From Bacillaceae bacterium (GTDB taxonomy: Bacteria; Bacillota; Bacilli; JACDOE01), in the NCBI GenBank assembly GCA_017656255.1, contig JACDOE010000010.1:36400-100399 (forward strand): 64,000 nt of DNA, written 5' to 3'. Below the pieces are notes generated by a model that did no database searches, had not been told where the DNA came from, and saw nothing but the letters and a program-made list of their open reading frames with translations. Of this stretch, positions 1 through 9,562 are shown one piece after another; position 1 is the stretch's first letter; each line of letters opens with the position of its first letter. A program made the position numbers and the translations under genes.

Positions 1-33
1 GCAGGCAGCACCCGCCCACTCCTAGGTGAGACT

Positions 34-441
34 ATGGATAATACGTATTTAAAACAGCAACTGACCCTGGAAGAACTGAGTATTCTGGAATCGGAAATGC
101 TCAAAAAACGGAAAGGGAAAGAAGCGGCATGGGGCCTGTGGGCCGGGTTATCTTTCTTTGGTGCTCATCGGTTTTACACCGAAGATTATAAATACGCATC
201 GGTGATGCTGACTACAACCATCATTCCGATAATCGGACTGATATTAATCTTAATATACGGTTCCGATACGGATTCCACGTGGTTTCTTGTTCGCCTTTTC
301 CTGATTTTCCTCGCCGGTTCAGTGGTCTGGAGCTGGATCGATGCTTTTTTTCTGAACCGGAGACTGGAAACATTAAATAACGAGATCGAGCAGAAGATCT
401 TACAGGATATTATGCAAAAAAGAGAAAGGCATGGAGCTTAA
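34..441 (+). CDS. TM2-domain small membrane protein
   Basis: 135-aa ORF with a GAHRFY motif followed by hydrophobic segments, as in TM2-domain proteins; start not verified. Confidence 0.45.
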   Translation: MDNTYLKQQLTLEELSILESEMLKKRKGKEAAWGLWAGLSFFGAHRFYTEDYKYASVMLTTTIIPIIGLILILIYGSDTDSTWFLVRLFLIFLAGSVVWSWIDAFFLNRRLETLNNEIEQKILQDIMQKRERHGA

Positions 442-497
442 GTGCTTCCACGCCTTTCTTTTTATTATGGCTTTTTCCTGTCGTTCTACCTTCTGTC

Positions 498-537
498 CTG
501 TTACACCCATACCCGCGAGTATGTTTGTAACAGAACC
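498..537. repeat. Intergenic palindromic repeat, copy 1 (TGTTACACCCATAC-N7-GTATGTTTGTAACA)
   Basis: Imperfect inverted repeat between convergent genes; near-identical copies at 26864-26903 and, inverted, 48385-48418. Confidence 0.55.
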
Positions 538-551
538 CTCCCTCTCTTCCT

Positions 552-1757
552 CTACGAAGCCGATATCGCCTTCGGTCGAAACACCTTTTCCCCGACGGCA
601 ACAATTACCTTTTCCGAGAGCGGGAAGGCAAATCCTGCCGGATCCTTCTGAACGGCCGGCACGGTCTTCTGAATGGTATCCTGAGGAACGCCGCGATCGG
701 AAAAATCAGCGGGGAGTCCCACCTCTTGCTGCAAATCCCTAATCCGGTCAATTACTTCGGCCAGGACGGTCTGCGGATGCTTGCCTTCCACTTTTAATCG
801 CAACGCTTCACCGAACTCATGGATTCTTGGCAGGTACAATTCGGGCAGTTCCTCCATCACCACCGGCAACAGAACCGCATTCGCCAGTCCGTGGGGGATC
901 CTGAACATGGCCCCGTAGGCATGGGCAAAATTATGAACCGGAATCGGCCCCAGCGCAAAACTGAATGCCGTAATCCCCATCAGGCTTGCCTGCAACATCT
1001 GCAGCCGGGCCTCAATATTCTCTCCGTTCTCCACGGCCTGAGGTAGATAATGCTCAATCAGTCGAATCGTCTGTAGGGCATACGCATCCGTCAACGCCGT
1101 CGCGCTGGGAGACATCAGCGCTTCCACCGCATGAGTGAGGGCATCAAACCCGGTAAAGGCAGTGATAAAAGGAGGCAGTCCCGCCGTCAATTCCGGATCC
1201 AGGACGGCCATGTCAGCACTGATAAACGGATGAATGATGTTGGTCTTCAGTTTCAACTCCTCATGATAGATCACCGCAATCGGGGATACTTCCGACCCGG
1301 TGCCGGCTGTAGTAGGTACGGCAATATGGGGGATCGGGATAAGATTGGCTTCCGGCCAGGTCAGATTGACCAGCCCACCCTGCAACCCGTCTTTGATATC
1401 GGTCAGCTCTTCATGCAAAGAAAATTTGACACCCTTCACCGTATCCATCACACTTCCGCCGCCGACTGCCAGGAGCCCGTCTCCTTCCACGTCGCGAAAA
1501 TAGTGGACGGCCTCATTAACACACCGACTGGCTGCATCCTGTTCAATATCCAGGAACACGCCTGCCAGTTCTACATCGGCATCCTTGAACTGTTCCACGA
1601 CCTTTTCTACGACGCCAGCCTTCTCCAGGCCCCGGTCACTGAACAAAACCACCCGGCGAGACTGCAATCCTTTAAACAGATCCGGGATCAGTTCCCGACT
1701 GCCGGCACCACTGTGCACCGCGGTCCGCATCATAAATTGGGCATGATTTGAAGTCAT
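552..1757 (-). CDS. Iron-containing (group III) alcohol dehydrogenase family protein
   Basis: 401-aa ORF; GGGS glycine-rich NAD(P) loop and conserved His-rich metal-binding region typical of Fe-ADH. Confidence 0.7.
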   Translation of the reverse strand: MTSNHAQFMMRTAVHSGAGSRELIPDLFKGLQSRRVVLFSDRGLEKAGVVEKVVEQFKDADVELAGVFLDIEQDAASRCVNEAVHYFRDVEGDGLLAVGGGSVMDTVKGVKFSLHEELTDIKDGLQGGLVNLTWPEANLIPIPHIAVPTTAGTGSEVSPIAVIYHEELKLKTNIIHPFISADMAVLDPELTAGLPPFITAFTGFDALTHAVEALMSPSATALTDAYALQTIRLIEHYLPQAVENGENIEARLQMLQASLMGITAFSFALGPIPVHNFAHAYGAMFRIPHGLANAVLLPVVMEELPELYLPRIHEFGEALRLKVEGKHPQTVLAEVIDRIRDLQQEVGLPADFSDRGVPQDTIQKTVPAVQKDPAGFAFPLSEKVIVAVGEKVFRPKAISAS

Positions 1758-1778
1758 GTCGACACCTCCATCAGGATA

Positions 1779-2675
1779 TCAGGCTTGAACACCCAGTTCA
1801 CTTTCACTGGTTTTGTATATCTCAGCCAAACTTTTTCCCCTTGCTTTAGACAGCACTTCCATCCGTGCCTTGATCTGTTTTTGTGAGAATGCCATGGTAT
1901 CTTCCAGTGCCACCCCGAAGTTACTGACCTCTTTGCCACTCAGCCCTTCCTGATTCAGCCGGAAGGAGTATGGAGCGAGCTCTTCCATTTTTTGAACGAC
2001 ACGATCATAGATGTGGGGCTTTTCACTGATCAGGCGCTGTAACAGAAATGTCCCGTATGCGATATGCCGCGATTCATCCCGCTTCAGATACCCGATCCCC
2101 TTCATCAGCCCCGGCATGATACCGGCTTTGTCCAAAGACTCGTAGAATGAAAAATAACCCGTTTCCGCGAGCACCCCTTCGACGAACATGTTATAAACCG
2201 TTGACGCTTCAGCCAGGGCTTCCGGTGATTGATCCGTCACCAGCCGTTCCATCGCTTCCGGGAGAATCTCATAGAAAATCTCTTTGTAGGTATCCGAATG
2301 AAAATGGGACAAATCGTGGTTCGCCCCGAGGGCATTCAGGACCAACCGGAAAAACTCAGTGTGTTTCGCCTCTTCAAAGAGAAACGTGGTCAAAAACATC
2401 TCTTCCTCCAGGCGTCCTTCCTTCGCAATCACCATAATCAGTGGCAGCAAATCCAGGGTCACCGCTTCTTCCCCCGCCTGAAACTGGGAAATGAGCCGCA
2501 GAATATCATGCTGCTGCTCGGATGTGAGGGTCTGCCAGTCATCTACATCTTTTGAGAAATCAATGTCTTTCGGATCCCACACCCCGAATTTTTTGGCTTT
2601 TTGATACAGCCGGAAGGGGAGCGAGTCTTCGTTGATGCCCCGTTCACTGGTGGTGATAATGTGTGTCCTGCCCAT
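1779..2675 (-). CDS. R2-like ligand-binding oxidase (ferritin-like, RNR small-subunit-like)
   Basis: 298-aa ORF with paired E...EExH-type ferritin-like motifs (EEAKH, RDESRH); immediately upstream of and co-oriented with the Fe-ADH gene. Confidence 0.55.
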   Translation of the reverse strand: MGRTHIITTSERGINEDSLPFRLYQKAKKFGVWDPKDIDFSKDVDDWQTLTSEQQHDILRLISQFQAGEEAVTLDLLPLIMVIAKEGRLEEEMFLTTFLFEEAKHTEFFRLVLNALGANHDLSHFHSDTYKEIFYEILPEAMERLVTDQSPEALAEASTVYNMFVEGVLAETGYFSFYESLDKAGIMPGLMKGIGYLKRDESRHIAYGTFLLQRLISEKPHIYDRVVQKMEELAPYSFRLNQEGLSGKEVSNFGVALEDTMAFSQKQIKARMEVLSKARGKSLAEIYKTSESELGVQA

Positions 2676-2820
2676 TACGCTTACCTCCTTTTACTAAATG
2701 GAATGTATGACGCATAAAATAAACATGTATGATATAGTTATAATATTCAGAATTTTATCCACCTTCATTGTATACCGGTTAGACTCAAGAAAACCATTCC
2801 CGAAAAAAGGGGGGTGAAAT

Positions 2821-3498
2821 GTGTCGATGAACACGGATAACATGAGGCCTTACGTTTCTGAAGAACCTCTGGAAAAATTGAAGGAGATGATGCGGACCAG
2901 CCTGGAGCTTTTTCCGTTTCAGAGAGCCTCACTTTTTACATATTCTCCACTGACACAGGAGGCTCAGGGACTATTGGCGGCAACGCCCTGCGGCATTTTC
3001 TCCATGGAACATATCAAAGAAGATGTCCGCTCCATTCCCCTGGTTGAAATGGCGATTAAACAAAAAAAGGCGCAATTCGCCGTTATTTCCAGGTCCACTT
3101 TTCTTTTTCCTGAGAAATATATAGAGGCTTTTTCTCTTTCTTCCCTGCTGGTGGTCCCCCTGTGTGATCAGCATGCCGTGACCGGCTGTGTGCTGGCCGA
3201 TCGTTTTAGTCGGGACCAGGCCATCGATGATGTCCTGATCGGGAAGGTTGAACGGTACTTTAATCATGAGGTAAAAAAGATGATCGGTCGGGAGGAACCG
3301 GTCTGCAAATTGAGCCGGCGGGAGAGGGAAATCCTGTACTGGTTCTCCCGGGGACTGGGGACGAAGGAAGTGGCGGACCGCATCCGGATCAGTGAATATA
3401 CGGTGCGGGATTATACGAAGTCCTGTATGCGAAAACTGGGGGCGAAAAACCGGACGGAAGCGGTGGCGATTGCGCTACGGGAGAGGATGATTGATTAA
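2821..3498 (+). CDS. LuxR/GerE-family transcriptional regulator
   Basis: C-terminal LuxR-type HTH (REREILYW...GLGTKEVADRIRISEYTVRDY); N-terminal sensor domain of unknown type. Confidence 0.7.
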   Translation: MSMNTDNMRPYVSEEPLEKLKEMMRTSLELFPFQRASLFTYSPLTQEAQGLLAATPCGIFSMEHIKEDVRSIPLVEMAIKQKKAQFAVISRSTFLFPEKYIEAFSLSSLLVVPLCDQHAVTGCVLADRFSRDQAIDDVLIGKVERYFNHEVKKMIGREEPVCKLSRREREILYWFSRGLGTKEVADRIRISEYTVRDYTKSCMRKLGAKNRTEAVAIALRERMID

Positions 3499-3535
3499 AT
3501 GAAAAAGAGGACGTATGTCGTCCCCTTCTTTGATG
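3499..3535 (-). terminator. Putative intrinsic terminator downstream of the sigK 3' fragment
   Basis: Minus strand GGGGACGACAUACGUCCUC hairpin followed by a U-run, a few nt after the stop at 3545. Confidence 0.4.
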
Positions 3536-3544
3536 TTTACTCTG

Positions 3545-3920
3545 TTATTTTCGTTCCGGATGTTTGCGGTAAAATTCATGCAGCAGCTTCATCAAGGCCC
3601 TTTTTTCAATCCGGGAGACATAGGAACGTGAAATCCCCAGCTCTCTGGCAATTTCCCGCTGCGTCTTTTCTTCTCCCGATTCAAGCCCGAACCGGCCGAT
3701 GATCACCTCCTTTTCTCTTTTATCCAGCACGTGAATGTTTTTGTAGATCTTGCTTCGTTCGATTTTGAATTCCACTTTGTCGATGACTTCGTTGGCGTCT
3801 GTTCCGAGGATATCCATCAGGCTGATTTCGTTACCTTCTTTGTCGGTGCCGATTGGATCGTGGAGGGAAACGTCTTTGCGGGTTTTTTTGAGGGAGCGCA
3901 GGTGCATGAGGATTTCATTT
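3545..3920 (-). pseudogene. sigK: Orphan sigK 3' fragment (codons ~122-245 plus stop)
   Basis: Nucleotide-identical to 8150-8526 of the intact sigK except one synonymous difference (3551 vs 8156); identity ends abruptly at 3920 where AT-rich DNA begins; lacks the sigK 5' half. Confidence 0.85.
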
Positions 3921-4024
3921 CTAAAGTCAATATTTGAGCTATAAATTTGTTATATGAATGTTTATTCTCTTTCTTTAAAAAAATCTATAATAAAAACTAT
4001 TATAAGTTTCATATACTCACTAAC

Positions 4025-4816
4025 TTATTTCACTGCCTTCCATATTGTCCATCTATCTTTTTCGACTATATTTTTTTCTATATTAATTGACTTATCTATA
4101 TATTTTATTAGTTTATCCAATTCTTTATCATCTATTTCATATAAAATGCTTCTTCCTGTTCTATTCCTTAAATCTTTAAATAATTCCTCTTTCGTTTCAT
4201 GTACCTTTCTTATTTCCCATAACTTAACTTCTATAACATCTCTGAATCCAACATATTTAAGGGATTCAATAACAGTTTGTCCATTATGACGTCGATCAAT
4301 TTCTTTTTCAATTAGTCTGGGGAAAAGTTTAAAAAAATATCCTCTAATATGAGTTTCGTCCCCTTCTAATAAGCAATCTTCAGGGGTACGGTCTTGAACA
4401 ATATAATATCCATCTTTCTTTAATAATCTATATGCTTCTTTGAAACAAGCATATAAGTCATTAATATGATGTATTAATGCTCTTTCAAGTAATAAATCAA
4501 AACAGTCGCTTTCTAAATCAGTATCAAAAGCATTTCCATACTTAAAAGATATGTTTTTATATTCCTTACAGTTTTCTTCAGCTTCTTTAAGTATAGCTTT
4601 TGAAAAATCAACACCAGTAACGGAAGGTACACCCATATCCGAAAGTGCTTTACAATATATTCCACCACCACAACCGACATCTAAAGCTTTAGAAACATTT
4701 TCGATTGGTACAAGTTTTTTAATTGCTTCTATCCATGATTTGTCTGCCTTTCGTGTTGAATAAGTCTTGCTGTTTTTCTTATTATGAAAATCTATACCCA
4801 TGGTAAATCTCCTCAT
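4025..4816 (-). CDS. Class I SAM-dependent methyltransferase
   Basis: VDVGCGGG motif I; start probably at the internal Met (MGIDF...). Confidence 0.65.
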   Translation of the reverse strand: MRRFTMGIDFHNKKNSKTYSTRKADKSWIEAIKKLVPIENVSKALDVGCGGGIYCKALSDMGVPSVTGVDFSKAILKEAEENCKEYKNISFKYGNAFDTDLESDCFDLLLERALIHHINDLYACFKEAYRLLKKDGYYIVQDRTPEDCLLEGDETHIRGYFFKLFPRLIEKEIDRRHNGQTVIESLKYVGFRDVIEVKLWEIRKVHETKEELFKDLRNRTGRSILYEIDDKELDKLIKYIDKSINIEKNIVEKDRWTIWKAVK

Positions 4817-4926
4817 TCTATTGATTAAACTTTTATAGGGTAAATTTATATGAATGTTTATAATTTACCTCTTTAATTTTAAAACATACCACTAATGTTG
4901 CATAAATAGTTACAGAAAATCCAGAT

Positions 4927-5460
4927 TTATATGTTTGCGTGGAAATGGGCTAAAAAGCCAAATGCTAAAGTAAAATGTCCATTTAGAGTTGCAACGATAT
5001 AGATTTTCTTATGGACTACCTCGGATTTCCCATTGAATTTGGCGAACCATTTTTGAAAGGGATTTAATGTTTGTAACCAACGTTTGAAGAAGGGATTGCT
5101 TTGTTCTGTTTCCACGAGTAAACAATTTGTGATTAGGGCGGATTAAAGTCGGTTTTGAACCACCGTTTCCCATTTATACCATAAAAACCCTTTATTCAAA
5201 CATGTTGCTTAAACTATTTGAATAACTTAATTCCCCAACGAAACCAGTAGGTGTTACTAATCTGTTTAGCACTAATATCAAAGCGACTAGTAACGAATAT
5301 CTTTGCCTTGTGAGTCTACCGTTTCCACTAATTGAAATTCATTTTCGGTTCGCTTTACGTAGTTCCGATGACAAAGAGTCTAAGGAAATCGTTTTTATTT
5401 CAGATATAGCAAAGTGCTTGATTGTACAGTTCAACAACGGAATTTTTCTTGAGTCGTGAA
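4927..5460 (-). pseudogene. Possible degraded DDE transposase (IS remnant)
   Basis: Minus-strand frames give stop-interrupted peptides resembling transposase C-termini (ENEFQLVETVDSQGKDIRY, DISAKQISNTYWFRWGIKLFK); family not assigned. Confidence 0.25.
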
Positions 5461-5932
5461 GCAAAAGAAAATCCTTTAATAAGAAAAGCGATCAAAAAAC
5501 GTACATAGATTCTTTTTAGTCAATCAAAATCTCATGTTGCTAAAATTTGTTCACACGTTAAGAGTGATGATGACTTTCTCCGTAGATGGTACCGAAATCG
5601 ATAAATGCCAAACTTAAGTATAGTTTTACCCCTGCTTTTGTTTTTTGCGAAAGGATTCTCACTGGTAGTTTGTTAAATACATGTAGAATAATACTTGAAT
5701 TAATGATTTATAGATCAACTCATTTACCAAATAACTTGTCACATAGCGTTTTCCTTTCCTTTACTTTAGATTTGGATAGGGATCACCTATACTCTCCATT
5801 GTAAAGGATTTATAACACTTGCAGATCGAACATTCATTGTATTTTTAATACTCTGATTTAATTATTACAATACTAATACATAACAATCTGAATTATAAAT
5901 ATTATTCAAAGATTAACTTTGAAAGGTGCGTT

Positions 5933-7144
5933 TTATTTCATATCCAACTTACTGTTATACTTAATCGAGTCGGGAAGTGGAATATGCTCTACCTTAGGAA
6001 GAGATAAAAGACTTAGTAAACATAAACCCATAAATCCCAAGAATACATAGTGCGTATTCATAATCCCAGCCAAATACCCAGAAAGCAAGGCTGAAGAAAT
6101 CTTAGCAAATGATACCACAATTGACCGGAAACTAATCACGCGGCCCATTAACTCTTTAGGAGTGTTAATCTGAACCAGTGTCTGCATAGAAATCACATGA
6201 AATAGAATGAAGAATCCGAACCCGAACAAAGCAAAAACTGTAAACCAAACGTACCCATCAATTCCCATAAATAAGGAAAATACTACTAAACCAACTAAAG
6301 TTACCACACTAACTTTCTCTTTATATTTATATAATGCTTTTTCCACAACAAATCCACCCAATGATCCACCTAGTGTGAATGAAATGGTTATTATAGAAAA
6401 TAAAACGCTGGAACCTTTCATATCTCGTGCAACCATTGGAGCGAGTAGAGTATTTGTCATTTGATACCCTGCACTACTAATAGTAGCGAGGAAAAACAAG
6501 TATAACATTCCTCTTTTTTCATTTACAAACTTCCAACCAACTTTAATACCTTCAATAACGTCCATACTTTTACTTTGAATATTACGTCTATCTATTCGAC
6601 GAAGCAGTATAAAGAAAATTGATGATACCATAAAGGTTAATGCATTGATTGCAAAACAAATTTCTACTGATAAAATAGACATTACGATTCCTGCTATACC
6701 AGTACCAATCAATGCCATGACAAAATTAATTGAAGATGACTTAGAGATAACATAAACCATTTCTTCATCGCTGAATGATTCTCTAATTAACGTTTGAGAA
6801 GATGGCTTAAATACCAGATGACAAACTGCTAAAACAACTTGAAGAAGATAAAACATAACAATTGATATAGTATCTATAAAAATTAACAGAACAACAATAG
6901 ATACAGCTAACCCACGAATTAACTGAACAGCAACTGTTAACACTTTGGAGTCCTGATGGTCTGTAATTATTCCTACCCATGGTGCGAAAAATAAGGGAGG
7001 TAGGTAATTAATGGCGATTAATATTCCAAGGGACAGGGGACTTCCTGTAAGTTTTAAAACCAACCACATCAACGCTACCGATTGGAAACCATCTCCTAAA
7101 TTATTAATTGCTGAACCTAACAAATAAAAGAACTTATTTCGCAT
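5933..7144 (-). CDS. MFS transporter
   Basis: 403-aa ORF, about 12 predicted hydrophobic helices, N-terminal region typical of MFS efflux pumps. Confidence 0.7.
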   Translation of the reverse strand: MRNKFFYLLGSAINNLGDGFQSVALMWLVLKLTGSPLSLGILIAINYLPPLFFAPWVGIITDHQDSKVLTVAVQLIRGLAVSIVVLLIFIDTISIVMFYLLQVVLAVCHLVFKPSSQTLIRESFSDEEMVYVISKSSSINFVMALIGTGIAGIVMSILSVEICFAINALTFMVSSIFFILLRRIDRRNIQSKSMDVIEGIKVGWKFVNEKRGMLYLFFLATISSAGYQMTNTLLAPMVARDMKGSSVLFSIITISFTLGGSLGGFVVEKALYKYKEKVSVVTLVGLVVFSLFMGIDGYVWFTVFALFGFGFFILFHVISMQTLVQINTPKELMGRVISFRSIVVSFAKISSALLSGYLAGIMNTHYVFLGFMGLCLLSLLSLPKVEHIPLPDSIKYNSKLDMK

Positions 7145-7308
7145 AGTTGTGCCCTTCCATTTTTTATTTTAACTGGAAAATCATTTTATTTAGAAACATT
7201 AAATCGAGGAGGAATCGAAAAATAACATTCAAAAACACACTCTCTAAAATATATCCTTAAACTGTTGCTATTCGAATTCCTCCTCTGACATTCATGAAGT
7301 GAAGTGTT

Positions 7309-7989
7309 TTATTGTCTTCGTAATGAAAGGTTAGATAACTTAACGAAGCGTTTATATTTAAGAATAGTATCTAATACATCGCAAAGAATTAACATATTAG
7401 ACTCTTCCCCTGGAAAGTCACCCCAACTATCGTCATCGTTGCGAATGCTCATTAACCATTTGAAACCTTTTTCAATAGTGTTATGCCAAGAATAATCATC
7501 AAGGAGTTCACTCGCTAATATTAATGCTCGAATACTGTCACAAGTGTGGTCAACATTCATGTTATCGTAATGTCCTTCAGGATGTTGAGTCTTAACCAAG
7601 TATTGAACTGCTTTCTTAGAAGCTTTAACACCTTTCTTATCATATCCAAGAGTCTTTTGTAATAAGTGTGCTGTAACACAAACTGGTGTTTCATACTTTT
7701 CTTTATATTCCCATTCACCATCCTTACCCTGTCTTTCTATAATAAACTCCATAGCTTTGTTGTAAGGTTCTTCTACCATGTTTCTAATACGTTGTGGTAT
7801 ATCTGGAAGCATTCTAGCGAACATCAATGTACCGGCGCTTACACTAACAGCATCATAGAGTCCCCACTTATCATCCCACAAAGTCCCATCCTCTTTTTGT
7901 TGAGTGATTAACCAGGATAACCCATTATAAATTGCATTATCAAATCGCTCATTCCTCTGAGACAATGCATTATTAGCACGTAGAAGCAT
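7309..7989 (-). CDS. Prenyltransferase/squalene-cyclase-type (QW-like) repeat protein, possibly a fragment
   Basis: Repeated Q-x2-DG-x-W motifs (QQKEDGTLW, RQGKDGEW, NDDDSWGDFPG); only 226 aa and abutting the sigK repeat junction. Confidence 0.4.
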   Translation of the reverse strand: MLLRANNALSQRNERFDNAIYNGLSWLITQQKEDGTLWDDKWGLYDAVSVSAGTLMFARMLPDIPQRIRNMVEEPYNKAMEFIIERQGKDGEWEYKEKYETPVCVTAHLLQKTLGYDKKGVKASKKAVQYLVKTQHPEGHYDNMNVDHTCDSIRALILASELLDDYSWHNTIEKGFKWLMSIRNDDDSWGDFPGEESNMLILCDVLDTILKYKRFVKLSNLSLRRQ

Positions 7990-8149
7990 TTGTGTAGAAA
8001 ACGCAGTTTTTCTTACATGGCTTTTAATTTCCTTAGTGGTATTTCCCCAGCCACCATCCTCATGTGGGATAGAGCCCCATCTGAATTAACAGGGTCTGGG
8101 GTTTACACAGAAAAATTGACAGACCCTCCCCTTATTTTGACGTGTGCTT

Positions 8150-8887
8150 TTATTTGCGTTCCGGATGTTTGCGGTAAAATTCATGCAGCAGCTTCATCAA
8201 GGCCCTTTTTTCAATCCGGGAGACATAGGAACGTGAAATCCCCAGCTCTCTGGCAATTTCCCGCTGCGTCTTTTCTTCTCCCGATTCAAGCCCGAACCGG
8301 CCGATGATCACCTCCTTTTCTCTTTTATCCAGCACGTGAATGTTTTTGTAGATCTTGCTTCGTTCGATTTTGAATTCCACTTTGTCGATGACTTCGTTGG
8401 CGTCTGTTCCGAGGATATCCATCAGGCTGATTTCGTTACCTTCTTTGTCGGTGCCGATTGGATCGTGGAGGGAAACGTCTTTGCGGGTTTTTTTGAGGGA
8501 GCGCAGGTGCATGAGGATTTCATTTTCAATACATCTTGCTGCGTATGTGGCCAATTTGGTCCCTTTGTTTACCTTGTAACTTTCGATGGCCTTGATCAGC
8601 CCGATGGTGCCGATGGAGATCAAGTCTTCGCTGTCTTCGCCGGTGTTTTCAAATTTCTTGACGATATGCGCCACCAGGCGAAGGTTATGCTCGATCAGCA
8701 TATTCCGTGCCTCAACATCTCCCTGTTCCATCAAGCGTAAGTATTTCTCCTCGTCTTCTTCCGACAGTGGCTGGGGAAAGGCATTGTTCTTGACGTAGGA
8801 GACGAACAGAATCAGTTCTTTGTACAGAAGCGCCAGTAACCCGAGCAGTCCAGACACCCGATCCCACCTCCAGGAATAGTGCTTCAT
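8150..8887 (-). CDS. sigK: RNA polymerase sporulation sigma factor sigma-K (pro-sigma-K), intact
   Basis: 245-aa ORF with pro-sequence and conserved sigma-70 regions 2-4 ([84 protein letters not shown]), closely matching B. subtilis SigK from memory. Confidence 0.9.
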   Translation of the reverse strand: MKHYSWRWDRVSGLLGLLALLYKELILFVSYVKNNAFPQPLSEEDEEKYLRLMEQGDVEARNMLIEHNLRLVAHIVKKFENTGEDSEDLISIGTIGLIKAIESYKVNKGTKLATYAARCIENEILMHLRSLKKTRKDVSLHDPIGTDKEGNEISLMDILGTDANEVIDKVEFKIERSKIYKNIHVLDKREKEVIIGRFGLESGEEKTQREIARELGISRSYVSRIEKRALMKLLHEFYRKHPERK

Positions 8888-9061
8888 TTATGCCTATTCC
8901 CTTCTGGGCTTGTTTGTGTCTGTACTAAAAAAACTGTAATCAGTTTTATTTGCTTTTTTAAATTCTTTAAGTAAGTATCATATAACACCATAACAGACAG
9001 TAAAAGACAAGATCCCGGTTTGAATACCGAGATCATCACAGTAACTTAATACATCTCTAAT

Positions 9062-9562
9062 TTAATTAACCTTCTGATCATAAAACGCAATGGCCTCATC
9101 TATTAATTTTTCAAGATGTGGTTTAAGTTCAATTGCTTTTGATTTAGCTTTGTGTGTGTCATAGCCTAAATCAATTAAAAATGCATATGTACTAACCATT
9201 TCCAAAAACTGAGAACTTTCCTTGACCATAGAATTCAAAAGATCAGTATTAATTTTTAAAGAGTATCCTCCATCAGCTTCTAAAGTTTCTTTAAATGCTT
9301 TCCCCTTCTTAGTAATAGAGTACACATAAGCTTCATCGTTTTTTGATTCAGTTAGAAATCCTTGTTGTACTAAAGTATTTATCTCTTCTTGAAGTTCTGC
9401 AGAATATGGGCCATAAAAGTGGTATTCATACTTAAATGGTAAATCTAATCCGGCTGATTCAAGCAAATGCACCATCTTTTGTACCTTTTTTCGACCGTGT
9501 ACCTTTTTAATTTCATCAAACAGACTCAATAAACTGTAGGCTCCTTCGAACAATTCAATCAC
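9062..9562 (-). CDS. Panacea (DUF4065)-like protein, possible antitoxin-type partner of the HD protein
   Basis: GRKKVQKMVHLL...FYGPYS resembles the Panacea/SocA-like signature; start overlaps the HD gene stop (ATGA). Confidence 0.35.
   Translation of the reverse strand: MIELFEGAYSLLSLFDEIKKVHGRKKVQKMVHLLESAGLDLPFKYEYHFYGPYSAELQEEINTLVQQGFLTESKNDEAYVYSITKKGKAFKETLEADGGYSLKINTDLLNSMVKESSQFLEMVSTYAFLIDLGYDTHKAKSKAIELKPHLEKLIDEAIAFYDQKVN

Larger units (their letters stand above)
3921..8149. other. AT-rich accessory block A, bracketed by direct repeats of the sigK 3' end
   Basis: Sharp visual drop in GC relative to flanks; bounded by 3545-3920 and 8150-8526. Confidence 0.6.

Noticed and set aside
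431-742. Track ORFs 410-604, 431-742 and 442-651
   Set aside because: They overlap the 3' end of the Fe-ADH gene and the palindromic repeat; translations are low complexity.
3499-8740. Plus-strand track ORFs 3499-3702, 3731-3937, 3750-3944, 7990-8307, 8336-8740, 8355-8579 and 8586-8798
   Set aside because: They are antisense to sigK or its duplicated 3' fragment and are duplicated only because the underlying sigK DNA is duplicated; no independent coding signal.
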